NCBI GenBank assembly: GCA_030265395.1
Contig: JARFYF010000112.1
Span: 58,499,142 to 58,563,141, forward strand
Origin: Rhina ancylostomus
Taxonomy: Eukaryota
Direction of reading: 5' to 3'
DNA length: 64,000 bases
Shown here: positions 51,693-64,000 of the stretch, piece by piece
Numbering within the stretch: the first letter of the stretch is position 1
How the letters are laid out: the number at the start of each line of letters is the position of its first letter
Made by a program: the position numbers and the translations under genes
Notes under the pieces: model-generated
Seen by the model: the letters and a program-made list of their open reading frames with translations, nothing else
What the model was told of the DNA's origin: nothing
Database searches by the model: none

Positions 51693-52729
51693 CACCTGCA
51701 ATTTACTGGAGTCAATTCAAAATGCAACAATTTCCTATTGTTCCAAAACTGATCCTAATGAATTTTGAGGCATCCACACACTGCATCATTCAATAAACAC
51801 ACAGATACTGAAAATTAATTACACTAACCATTCATTTATCATAAGTTTGTGGTCAATCTAAATAATAAAACAAGGTAAATCAAACAGTTGACCAATACAT
51901 GTAAAAAAAATGTTATCTTCAAGTCCAGGGACATTTTCACACTTTTTATATATGATTGGTGAGGTCATATTTAATACATCTGGGAACAAATATCAAAAAG
52001 GATATTCTTATGCTGCTTGGCTGAAGGATGACATCTTGAACAAAAGTTGGATGGATGGATACTCTTCAATTTTCATTACTACATTTGAAAAATCATAAGA
52101 ATATAGGCACATATTTCACACAGAAGTGAGAGTTCCTACAAAATAGGAATATACTGATTGTGTTCAGAAGAAAAAGACCAAGCAGTACAAATGGCCTCAC
52201 CCAGTATTTGTAGCTCCACATCTGACCATGGTTCATAACCAGGAAAAGACCAATTACAGCCAATATTTCTAGCAGGCAACAAAACACAATCAAGTTCATT
52301 TTCCTATACTAACCACCTTCTAATCATGCAGATTAAATTTGGAGTCTTACATTTTATACTTTCAATACAATAAATAGTTACTTATTACACAGATTAAAAT
52401 TTAAAGGGCAACTTACGAATGCATTTTCTTTTACTTCCAGATTATTGAGTACCACGTCTCCTACAAAAAACAAACCCAACTTTCAATACAACCAAAACTT
52501 TTCAAATTAAGTGCAAAGTAAATTGACATAAAAAGAAAAAAATAATCATAACTTGCTATTGAATTATATTTCAATACATAGCATTTGTAATAATCACAAA
52601 AGATGGTTCCCTAGCAAGGAAATCCTTTCNNNNNNNNNNNNNNNNNNNNNNNNNNNNNNNNNNNNNNNNNNNNNNNNNNNNNNNNNNNNNNNNNNNNNNN
52701 NNNNNNNNNNNNNNNNNNNNNNNNNNNNN

Positions 52730-52892
52730 TGCACAATTCCCTGTAGCTGTGACACTTTACCTTGTATTCTGTTATTGTTTTTACCCTGTTCTACCTCAAT
52801 GCATTGTGTCATAAATTGATCTGTATGAACGGTATGCAAGACAAGTTTTTCTGCTGTACCTTGGTATAAGTGACAATAATATACCAATACCA
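52730..52892 (+). mobile_element. LINE 3'-tail repeat (Rex1/Babar-like tail), copy 3
   Basis: ccctgtagctgtgacactttac..aagtgacaataatataccaatacc. Confidence 0.7.
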
Positions 52893-53911
52893 TATTTCAT
52901 GTTTTTGTACCAGTTCCTACCTGCAAAGGTGCTTGATATGAATGATGATGTCATATGGATATCAATACTTATGTCAACACCACTTCAGCAAACCGTGCTT
53001 ATGAATGACATTACACAGTGAAGTAAGCATAAACCAAAGGGTTGAGGCTTATCTTGAGCCCGATCTTACCTTGATGACTTCTGGGGAACCCAAGGTCATT
53101 TTTCAGTAGTTTTCTTTTAAGTGTTTTTCTTGGTGGTCCCACCCATCAGCAATGCCCCACCCCCATTGCCCACTGCTAGTGTCACAATGGCTCACCATCT
53201 CCCTGGTTCACCTTCCCATTATCATCTCCCTATCAGCTTGATCAACACGTCCCCCAACAGAGGATCTCCCTGATTGAACACTACCACCACAATCATTGCC
53301 CTGGGCACTGCCTGATTGTCTCTCACAATAATCATACCGTCACTCTCTGCAGTCCTATGCTTTTCTAACTGTGATCCTGTCATTAATGCCAGTCTGCTCC
53401 TTCCTCATTCTCTTGCAAACCCTCCTCACTCTCTCTTCTTCCAACTGCCCTTCCTTTATTCCTCCAATCGTTCTCCCCTTCTCCCGCTCTCCACCATTCA
53501 CTGACCCCCTAATTTCTTGCATGTACTTCCACCGGAACTCATAGACAAATGGCCATCATGCATGTCTAAGCATGCAAGCTGTCACATCCAACATCTTGGC
53601 CCATGAGTGCAAAAGAATATTGCTACCAAGCTTCCTTGATCTAAACTGTCTTGGTCTCCCTGCCAGACGACCTCTTCAAGCATCATACAATTTCAGGTCC
53701 ATTGTCTCTCATACTGTATTATGAGAACAATTAGAAAATGATTTCTTGAACTTATTGGGCTAAAGATATGACAGGAAATATCATATGATTATGTACTCTT
53801 AATGTTCTATTAACTACAGTGTTAATAATGATTTTGTTGATGACACCAGAAGCTCTGCTAGTTCAAATTGGAATCCTGTAGAAAGTCATTAGTCTACTCC
53901 AGTTCAATTAA

Positions 53912-54150
53912 GATATAAGAGCAGGATTAGGCCATCAGGGCCCTCAAACTGTTCTGTCATTCAGTAAGATTATGGTTTAATTGATCTTGGCTTTCTCTAC
54001 TTTAACACCCAGCTCCCATGACCCTTGATACTTCTCCAGCTCAAACATGACTGTGCATCAGCCTTGAATATATACTGTGACTCTGCTGCCATAGCTCACT
54101 GGGGTAGGAATTTCAAAGGATTTGTGACTCACAGAAAAGAAGTTCCTCCT
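53912..54150 (-). mobile_element. Old CR1 3' end
   Basis: ataagagcaggattaggccatcagggccctcaa..cattcagtaagattatgg..cagccttgaatata. Confidence 0.65.
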
Positions 54151-54702
54151 CTCCCCCATTTTATGGCAAAATTTGCTGTTTTCAGAGACAACACCGTAGA
54201 ATTGAATCCAGGTCTCTGGAGCAGTGAGGTAGCAATACTAATTGTTGTGCCATTGTCCTGTCCAGTATGCATTGACACCAAGACCATTTTTTAAGGTTTG
54301 TTTGCCCTGTGGATGTAAAATAATAACAAATGATTCATTTTAATATCTTTCCCTGGTTCATGATATTGAAAGTCAGAGAGAAGTGGCTCATGCTCATACA
54401 ACTCCATTAAGCACCAACATAATACTGGATGCAGCATATTGAGCTGCAACATTGGCATGCTGGTGTTGTTATTACTTCAGCTTTAGTCTTTCCTTAAGAA
54501 ATTGTGATGTTTTGGTAAAATCATGTCAGTCTGGGTAAAACAATGGTTAGCTGTGCAGCAATATCTTATTCACTGCACTTCTGAGAACTCTGTTTCTACA
54601 GGCTGATGACAAGTTAATAAACATTCACTGAATTATCCAATTTTTCCACAAAGCAAAAGCTGCAAGTATAAAAAGAATGGCAGGATCCGCACTAGGAAGG
54701 GG

Positions 54703-54810
54703 TTGTAGCAACACAGAAATAGCTGGAGGAACTCAGCAGGTTAGGTAGCATCTACGGAGGGAAATGAACAGTCTATGTTTAAGGTCGAGACCCTTCATCC
54801 AGATGAGTCC
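54703..54810 (-). mobile_element. Penelope terminal-repeat fragment
   Basis: agcaacacagaaatagctggaggaactcagcagg..gtcgagacccttcatc. Confidence 0.75.
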
Positions 54811-56329
54811 TGTGTGGAGGCTTTAGAAGGGCAAACAATTTGTCCTGTTCAAGTATTTTTCAATTTCCTTTTGAAAGTTACTATCAATGCTGTTTCCATC
54901 ACTTTACCAGTGAATTCTGGTTCATCGGATTTATGAATAATTCTGCTTTTTGATCATACAGCACCTTCATGAAGCATTTTAAATCTCTGGCTTCAGCGAA
55001 AATACCTGTTTTTTTATTTACTCTAGCAAAACCTTTGATATTCACGAAAAGCTCTGTTGGAGTTCACTTTAACTTGCTCTGTGTTAAGGAGAACAATTCC
55101 TTCAGTCTCTGTGAAAAGAAGTGTGTCCTGCCTTCTGCCATCATTCTGTTACTCCCTCTGGGGTTTTATTTCAGTACTCTCGTATTTTGAGATACTTTGT
55201 TCCTTCAGCAAAATGATTTTAGGTTAAATGGCAAATGCAGGTGGTATAATTAAGAGGGATGGCTAAAAAGAATTAAATAACTGGTCAGTACAAAGACATT
55301 CATGTTCTGGCCCTGTCTACTCAATTGGCCTTTCTTCATTTCATTGTATATTTATGCCTTAATTGACAACACCAGAATGTTTTAAAATACATTTATTATT
55401 TTAAATCATTTTATTTAAAAAAATATTTGCATCAACCAACTATTTTTGCATGTCCCTGATGTTTAAAATGGTGAAGCAGAACCATGATGCATAACCTGTC
55501 AGTGACCATTATGGTGGAGCAGGGCTCAGGGCCTCAGGGAGTGAAGCCTCAAGGCTGGTTTTCACCTGCAGCCTGCTCAGCTGGTATAATGGGTGCAGAT
55601 TCAAGATGTTGGTTATTGGCTCAGCCATGAGACGAGTGGGGGGTGAGTGTGGGTGGCAGGTCTTGGATCGAGCACAGTTCAACCCAGTATGTCAAATCTA
55701 TGCTCTTGCCAAACCATCTTCCCTGATGCCATCAACATTGTCAGGTCAAAATATAAAAAAAAATTAGTAAGATTTTGCCAAAAACAATTCTACATTTCTG
55801 TACAAGTATGTGAGTTTATTTTAAAGTTCCAATTCCACATGGTTATATTCTTTCAAAATGCAAATAATGTTTCCACTGACAGAAAAAAATGTACATGTTT
55901 AATTTCATATTCACTTTATTGTTATCTGCTTACTTGTTATTCTACAGTGTTTACTGCAGTCACTGGACATTTATTCCACCTGTTCTATGCTTGTATCTTG
56001 CTCCACGTAAGCATTTTCCCATCTTATTTTATCCCAGTCTATCATTATTTATGCTTGATAATTTATGATAACTGCTTCAATATGGTTTTATTCACTCTCC
56101 AGTATGCTGGAAGTACACATTACTTAAATAATCACAACTGTAGTTTATGCCAGCCAGCATCCTTGCTTTCAATTTTTCCAGTCAGCTAGGTTCTGAAACT
56201 TGCTGTCATCAAATCAGGTTGTAATGCCCAGTTGCAGCACAACTCACACGAAACAACCCTTTCAGGGGTGATCATGTTCAAGGAACAATTACAGTCCATA
56301 AACCAATATTATGCAGAAAGCTTATAAGA

Positions 56330-56870
56330 TCCTTCCTTTAATAATGAAGGAAGCAAAGGGGAAAAAAAACATACTTCGAATTGTCCAGTCTCTACATGTT
56401 TCACTTTGGTACTTCGAGTAACATGGGTTGATGGGTGTGCTTCCCGATTTGGTGCCAACTGGTTGTGGTTCTTCAAAGTTCTGTCGATAAATTACAGTGT
56501 TCCTGCTCTGCAGGGTGAGTGGTGCATCTTCCAGTATCTCTGTACTTGCTTCAGAAAAACAAGCTTCATTGGTGGTCTTCCTGAGATATGGCGAATTCCT
56601 CCGTGTGTGACACCTTCCTCTATTATGACCATGTCGGATCTGGACTGTGGTATGTGTTGACTCACCAGTGGCATTTTGGGTGACTTTCCCCTTCGCTCAC
56701 TCCCCTAATTATGTTGTTGGCCAGTCCTTGGCAGTTGTGTTGCAAGAGTTTGCCTGCCTCCTTTTGGCTGACTTTGTTCCTTTGTATCTCTAGTTCCATC
56801 AGTCTTTCTTAGAGGAGTTGGGTTCCAATGTGTCTACTCAAGCCTCACTACAAGAACAGTTCATCATCCA
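56330..56870 (-). mobile_element. Gypsy integrase C-terminal relic
   Basis: PQSRSDMVIIEEGVT / RRNSPYLRKT resembles PRSY.V....G...RRNR.HLR; PPT-like taaaggaagg at 56331-56340. Confidence 0.5.
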
Positions 56871-57229
56871 TCNNNNNNNNNNATCCATCAGGCTGCTGGG
56901 TAGGATCCTCTGCAAGCTATATTCTTTCAAAATGCAAATAATGTTTCTACTGACAGAAAAAAGATGGACATGTTTAATTTCATATTCGACTGTAAAAGGG
57001 TAGAATCCTCAGCAAGTGCCTTCAGTGATGAGTTGTCCTCCTCCAGCCAGTTACAAAGCTAACAATATTTTGAGCTTAGCTTTGATTAGCTCCACAGCTT
57101 TGCATTCTCTGTCTCATGATCTAGCCATTCCTCTGGCTAGATTTCTGGATCTAAGCTCTGATGATAAATTTCTTAAAGCTTTGAAATTGTACTTATCTTC
57201 TAAGAATCCTAACTCCATTAAGAAAAGAA

Positions 57230-58060
57230 TCTAATTGCTCCTGCCTTTTGGTGCCATCCCTCCACTTTCTATTTCTGAGTTTCCACCTTCTCCTGTTGTA
57301 AGGACTCAAAGGTCTGAATTCCATCCCACTGTGTTCCATCTGCAATATGAGCAGCCATGAGCCAGGGATTCCCTGAAATCAGTGAGAATGTTGCAGGAGT
57401 CTTTGAGAAAAAAAACAAATGTACCTGATAATCCTTTTTGTGTCAGGACTCAGAATAACATGTCAATTTTGGGAGTCTGGTGTCAGATTTGCAAATGAAA
57501 TGACCTCCCCAGTCTAGCCAGTTGAGTGTAATTGGACCTCAGTGCTGGAGATGTTGGCCTATGGAAGGACGCCTACATTGGTTAACTTATCCTTGCAGAA
57601 AATTTGGAAGATTTTGCAGAGGTAGTATTGGAGGATTTTTCCCATGTTTTGACTTGCCTGCTGTAGGCAGTCCAAGTCTCAGAAGCATACTGAAGGGCAA
57701 GGTCATCGCTGCTTGGTGGACCATAAGTTTTGTGCTAATCTTGATCTTCAAGTACATTTTCTTCATCATCCAAAGGTTGTGGTGGCACTTTGAAGGCAAC
57801 AGTGAACTTCATCATCGATATCTGCCTTTGCTGATAGGTGGCTCTGAGAAATGGGTTGTGGCCCATGTTTTCAAGAGTCTTACCATGAATCATTATGGTT
57901 GAAAGTAGTGTTTTACAGTGGGGTGGGTTGGAAGATGACCTTTACTTTTTACAGGTGTTGAACATAACATCGATACTGCCAGGTTCTTTAAAGGGTCAAC
58001 AGTGACTTGGAGCTTGGTCTCCGAAATGAACAAATTCAAGCATCATCTGTGAACTTCAGC
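57230..58060 (-). mobile_element. RTE-clade LINE RT C-terminal region
   Basis: TKLMVHQAA, YASETWTAYSR and LCKIFQI motifs, typical of RTE/BovB. Confidence 0.75.
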
Positions 58061-61054
58061 TGGACAATTACTACTTTATGGGAAAGGCAAATTTGTAAAT
58101 CACATTCACACCTTTTCATTGAAACTGTTAAAATATTTGTGTACATTCCAATAGGCTTAATGTTAAATTCAGCAACAAAGGCAGAACCGAAGTATATTCA
58201 CTCAGATTAATCTTAATAAAATTCTGTCTTACTGATTCTTATTTGGGAATCCTTAATGTTTAAATAAAAGTATAATCATTTAAAAGTGGAATCTTCAGTC
58301 AAATATTACATCCTTCACAAAAGTTATTCCATTAATGAAGAGATGAGTTGGATTTCATATATCAGCACTGGATTTAACTGTGGGTCTCAGCTGACTATCA
58401 AATTAAATTTATTAACTCAAACATTATGCAATTAATTAACTGAAAGAATTACATAAAATAATTTACTGCAGTTAGTTAATAAATCACTTCCATTACTGTA
58501 ATCATTTGTCAAAAATCAAAGTACCTATTTGACATTAAAAATGTTAATTTATTGTTAACAACATGAGTATCTATGGTGTTGGGAAACAGATAAATATTTT
58601 GCATGTCAGTTGAAATATGTGCTGTATTAAAGATGAGGTGCACAGATTCTCCATGTCTTACATCCAGTACACTGCCTGAGAAAACTTGTGTAAATCTTTT
58701 GCATGGCTAAATAAAGTAAATATGAAGAGATTATTTTTTTCTGACATCAATAACTTCCATATCCTTAAAAGAAATGTGGCTTGAATGCATCTTATAAGAA
58801 TTATGGAAAAAAATACATAAAGATTTGGGATTATGTCATTCAGGACAAGCAAAATGGGGAAGACCACATCCAGCTTGAAACTCATTTTGACTTATTCTGT
58901 CAGGAGGATTGCATTGACTTGGAGTGGACTTATCTAATGTGTCTGGTGTTTCTGTGTTATTACCATTCTGCAAAATACTCTTCTCTAAAATCTGTTTGAA
59001 TTATCAGCACTGCTCTGCAATGAAATAATCACATGTTGAGCCCTAGCACCAGGATGAAAATCAACAATTAGGCCAATTAAGGGTAGAATGAACAAAATTA
59101 AGCCCCTAAATGACTGTATTTCACCATTTGTTAAATGCTTGTTCAGTTTTTGAGGAAAATGCCCAGGTCATACAATTCTTATAAATTGACTTGTTAGGAA
59201 TTCTGGAATTTGTCTGCAATTGCTGCAATACAATATCAGTTTTAGAACTTAAAAACAAATATTTATTTTTACAAATTCCATGGAATCATTTTTTTATTGC
59301 ATTATGTCCTAAAAGAGACCAGAATGGGTAGATATCTGATTCAGTCCCACCTGACTGCCTAACCAATATCTCGTCCTGGGTGAGCTGAAAAATGCCAACT
59401 GAACGTTTGAAAATCCAGAATGCTCTCTATTTGTTTTGGTATGCAGGGGATGTCAAGTATTCACTGTTTTTTTAGTTGAAATGCCTGGGGGCAAAGGGTA
59501 ATTGGATAAGGATGTGCAAACACAATTAATGTCACCGTTTTAAAGTCACATGCCCTGCTGTGTTATACCTCCTTTATACATTCCAAGGTCTCCACTCATA
59601 AAACATGATTTTTATAAGCTTATCATGCAGTTGCAATCTCCTGCCTTTGGCAGTCCTGCATTGATAAGAGATCAGTTTAAAAATTCAATAAATATAATGC
59701 ATTCTTTTTATATACTGCCTGATTCAATTGTAGAATTGACTACTGAATGCGATTGGGACATTATTGACACATTGAAACTTGGTATGCCCTTGTGTGAGCA
59801 TGATGCAAATAAGCTTGTTTGACATTGCTATAGTTTCATTAGACAGCAGATATTTGAAAGATAAACAGTGTGACCCACTTCCACTCCCCCCAGTTGAAAA
59901 TCAGGGACTAACAAAAGGAAGCTGGTCAGATCCAGCAATGTTAAACGGGACAAACTTTACATTATTGATGAGCAGGTCATTACTGAATATATAGTGGGTG
60001 CAATGATGGAGCAGATTCTGGTCAATATTCAAGTGAGGCATTCCATACTCTTTGCTGGTGGGGTGAGCTTCAAGTACTCTAATCCTCTGTCCAGGCATCC
60101 CTTCTGCTGCGATGATCTCCAGTCCAGCATTGAGTACCTGCACTCATGTCCACCTTTCATGCTAAAACACTCCGTATGTCCAGCNNNNNNNNNNNNNNNN
60201 NNNNNNNNNNNNNNNNNNNNNNNNNNNNNNNNNNNNNNNNNNNNNNNNNNNNNNNNNNNNNNNNNNNNNNNNNNNNNNNNNNNNCGTATGTCCAGCAACG
60301 GGTCCTGTTGAGATATTTTGCCTTTCTAAAGAGCTCCGGCCACAGTGTCACACAGCACAGAGCTATTTCCAAAATTCAACACAGTCAATATGCACAACAA
60401 TATAAAAGGCTCATTAATCATGCATTGTGCACGTATGATTAACACACACAAAATTTATGCTACCAAAGTATCTAAGGACCTCTGTCAGCACCAGATGAGA
60501 TTCATAGGTTCCCCCACATGGTGAAACTTCAGTGTGTAGAGCCATATAGTGTGGTAACAGGCCCTTCGGCCTATCATATCAATGCCACCCATCCGTATTA
60601 ATCCACATGTTTTAATCGAAGTTGAATTTCTGTGCATTCAAGTTTACATGGTTGTACCATTACAGTAACTTGTAACAGAGAAGTTGAAGGGAAATGTGTA
60701 AAGAGACAATGGTGTGTATATTTGAAGCATAATTTTCTTGTACAAAGATGATTGTGCTATTTTATTTCAAAATGCTTTCCTGTTGTTGGATTTCAGTTGC
60801 TGCTCAGTGGAGCATATTGTCCTTGATCTGGCCTGCTCCCAATCTCACCACCCACACTATTCCATTTCTGCAGCTCTGCGGGTGCAATCAAGCTGAAAGG
60901 TGGGTGCTGCAGTCATAGGACTGTGCTGTCCTCAAGAAGGACCAGGCCTCAGCTGATGCCACAACATTGGACTGCCCCAGTGCCCTTTTAACAGCCCACT
61001 GCTGTCAAAGGGAGTTGAACTGCTTTTAAATGTCTCTGATGATCATAGCAACAT

Positions 61055-61505
61055 CAGAAGTAGATGCACAAATAGGCCATTTAGCCCCTCAAGCCTACCT
61101 TGCCATTCAATAAGATAAAGGCTACTTTTTTTTTACCTCAGTAGCACTTTCTTGCCCTTTGTCCCATCGTCCTCTTAATAAGCAAAAATCTATCAATCTC
61201 TGCCTTGAGTACACACTGTTCTCTTGGGTAGAGAATTGGACTCATTCCCCTCTGGGTGAAGAAATTTCTTCTTGCCTCAGTCCTGACTGGCCAGCCCCTT
61301 ATTCAATGACTTCTTGGTCTAGACATTCCAGCCAGAGGAAACATTATTTGTGCAATATACCCTGTTAAGACATGTAATAGTTTTATACATTTTCAAGTAT
61401 CACTTCACATTCTTCTCATCTCTTGAAAATACAAGTTCACTCTGTTTAATTTCCTCATAGGACAAACCCCATCCCAGGAATCAATCTGGTGAACCTTTGC
61501 TGCTT
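61055..61505 (-). mobile_element. Old CR1 3' portion
   Basis: aataggccatttagcccctcaagcct..ccattcaataagat; cccaggaatcaatctggtgaacctttgctg. Confidence 0.75.
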
Positions 61506-62310
61506 TTTCACTATTGCAAGTCTCTGCTTTTTATCCTCCTACACAAAGCTGAGGGATCAGATGTGAAGTGCATCTCCCTTCTCAGTTCAGAACATTTGTG
61601 CTCTAACCTGGCCTGGGTGGTGAGTTCAGTGGTACAGTGGAAGGACTGATGTTCCAGCACCTGATCGCCAGCACATTTCCGACTTGTGTATTGCAATGCA
61701 CAAGCATGGAAATGAGGAATGAATTGACGACATACTGAAGCTAACGGACTGCCAGCTGAAGAGCATCCCAATCTTGCTCATTAAAAAAAATTAATTAACT
61801 TTGCAGTTAAACATATTGTTGTGCATGTCAGTTTTGCTTAATATACCAGAGACATAATAAAAGAGATGTAGAATAACATATTACTTTCCATTGTCACTTG
61901 GCTTATAAATGCATGTTTAAACTCCAACATGTACTTTGAATAGATGTGTAAGTGTTCTACTAAAGAGCAGACATCATAGTTAGAAACTAGACCATGTGAT
62001 TTAACCTTAATGTTTGGAGAATGAGGGCATTGTTAACTTTTCTATTATTTGGAGAAGGATCTTGGTCTGCATGTTTCCATTGAAACAATGAGCTTTGTCC
62101 TGCAACAGGAAGGTCAGAGTTTCAGCCATGCAGGAGTCAATTGTAGCCTGGTTGAAACCAATGCTCAGATATGACAGAGTTTAGGTTTCCAGAATTTGGC
62201 AAATGTATTAGAATGAGTAAATGTGTTAATTGATGCTTTTATAGATTCGGAATCTTGCTGATGGAGTGAGCAGTGCTTTTTGTTACATATTTCATACCTT
62301 CAGTTTTCAA

Positions 62311-62905
62311 TGTTAGACCTGTCGGATCCGGTTCTTTCAGGAGTGCAAGAGTGAGTTGAAAACAACTTGGTGCTTCACTAAGTGTTACTGGAAAAATTTA
62401 AAACAAAGTAACAGTCACAGAGCACATGGTACTAGCTTTACCACTCGAAGAAGAGCCGAGACAAAGGAACTAAAATGAGCTGGGGGAGTGGGAAGAGAGC
62501 AAGAGAGAGAAATTAACAAAAAATGACACCTTTTATACCTGAGATAAGAGGTACTCCTTGGGTAACAATCGTCCAATCAGAAAACCTTTCAGATACCTGT
62601 TGCAAAATCAACCAATGAGAAAACACCTGATGGACGAACCAATAATCAAAGAAGCAGTTATACCTTGTACAGACACTTGAGGTGTATTATACACTGTACA
62701 TATAAAAATTACCTGAAAGAAAAGATGTATATTAAACAGTCGAATCCAACAGACCCAACTTAAGCTGAGATGCAGTTCCATGAGTTCCTCTGGCCTTCTT
62801 GTACTTGTCATAAGCAACAGCTTTTCATGTGCATAGGCAGCAAATGTTGAGGCATTTTGGCAATGGGCATTCCCCAACACTACTTCCACAAGCATGCACC
62901 TAACA
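62311..62905 (-). mobile_element. LTR-like element (tentative)
   Basis: Termini tgttag...ctaaca; TATAAAA on the minus strand (62531-62537) with three CCAAT boxes upstream; no matching TSD seen. Confidence 0.35.
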
Positions 62906-63411
62906 GAAGGGTTGATCAGGCGACTTTCGGGAGCAGGATCCCAAGGCAGGTTTGTAACTCAATGAGATGGGCTGAGTTTACTCTGTGCAGTTTGAAATTC
63001 TAATTACCACTTTCTGAACTAGTTTCTATAATGCTAAAGGAATCATTAATGAGACGTTGTTGCTCTTCTGTATTCTATTTCCACCCTGTTGTGCCCTTGA
63101 GGGTAGTTTTAGATCAGATTTTACTNNNNNNNNNNNNNNNNNNNNAAAGAGAATATAGTCATCCTGTAATTAGCCTGATGCTGACTACCACAGGAGACCA
63201 CTTATATTAATGCAGTTATTTTTATAGAACTTCAGCTGGCAAACACAACATTTCATTTAATTTTTCAGCTTCCACCTTCCAGCAGAGAGAAAACAATGCT
63301 GACTAATGCCTGAACAAAAGGTTTGAGGGTTTTGCACCATGTTTACATAGCACTTATGTAATTTGTGCAACAAGTATATTTGGATGCCTTCAGACACATC
63401 GTTGGCCAAAA

Positions 63412-63945
63412 GATAGAGTCACAGAGTTATACAACATGGAAACAGGCCTTTTGGCCCAACTTGTCCATGTCAACCAAGGTGCCTATCTGAGCTAGACTTA
63501 CTTGCATGTGTTTGACTCAATTCCCTCTTAACCTTTCCTATCCATATACCTTTCCAAATGTCTTTTAAGCATTTGTAATTGTTTCTGCCTTTATTACTTC
63601 CTCTACCACTTCCTCTAGCAGCTCATTCCATATGCCCACCACCCTCTGTGTGGAAAAACTTGCCCCTCAGGTCCCCTTTATATCATTCTCTTATCACCTT
63701 AAACCTCCACTCTCTGGTTTTGGACACCCCTACCATGGGAAAAAGACTGTGACCCTCCACTTTATCTACTATACCTCTCATGATTTTATAAACCTCGATA
63801 AAGTCACCCCTCAGCCTCCTCCGCTCCAGGTAAACAGTCCAAGATAATCCACACTGTCCTGTTAACTCAACTCCTCTAGTCCCAGCAATTTCCTTTTTAA
63901 CCTTTTCTGCACCGTCCCGAGCTTAATGACATCCTTCCTATTTTC
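63412..63945 (-). mobile_element. CR1 3' portion
   Basis: atagagtcacagagttatacaacatggaaacaggcc tail; ccaccctctgtgtggaaaa; tcacccctcagcctcct. Confidence 0.88.
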
Positions 63946-64000
63946 TCCCTAGTTACCCTTTTGCTCTTAATCTATTTATAGAATCTTTTAGGATTCTCCT

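Noticed and set aside
55647-56189. 180-aa ORF
   Set aside because: Non-ATG start, composition reflects AT-rich non-coding DNA, no domain motif.
59994-60184. Exon-like, GC-balanced ORFs next to a gap
   Set aside because: Weakly resembles a decayed CR1-group RT C-terminus (QVR...); no recognisable host protein or convincing splice pair.

Overview
Eukaryotic, AT-rich, CpG-poor, gap-containing genomic DNA. The repeat content (HE1-type V-SINEs, DeuSINEs, CR1, L2, RTE, Penelope-like, Gypsy and Harbinger relics) points to a cartilaginous fish, probably a ray/batoid; this is an inference from repeat motifs. I found no confidently identifiable host gene, RNA gene or CRISPR array, so the window looks like a large intron or intergenic region. 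Nearly every ORF in the track is a transposon relic, spans an N-gap, or is noise. The most notable items are: (1) Penelope terminal repeats carrying minimal hammerhead-ribozyme-like cores, some inserted alone as short elements with target-site duplications; (2) a four-layer nest of transposons inside a split Harbinger transposase; (3) a 243-bp solo LTR with exact TSD and clustered promoter motifs; (4) three well-preserved direct-repeat pairs (18, 30 and about 70 bp) bracketing 0.8-1.0 kb of decayed DNA; (5) one weak candidate terminal exon. None is shown to be a new biological system. Repeat family calls rest on recalled consensus motifs, not database searches, and boundaries are approximate unless a TSD is quoted.
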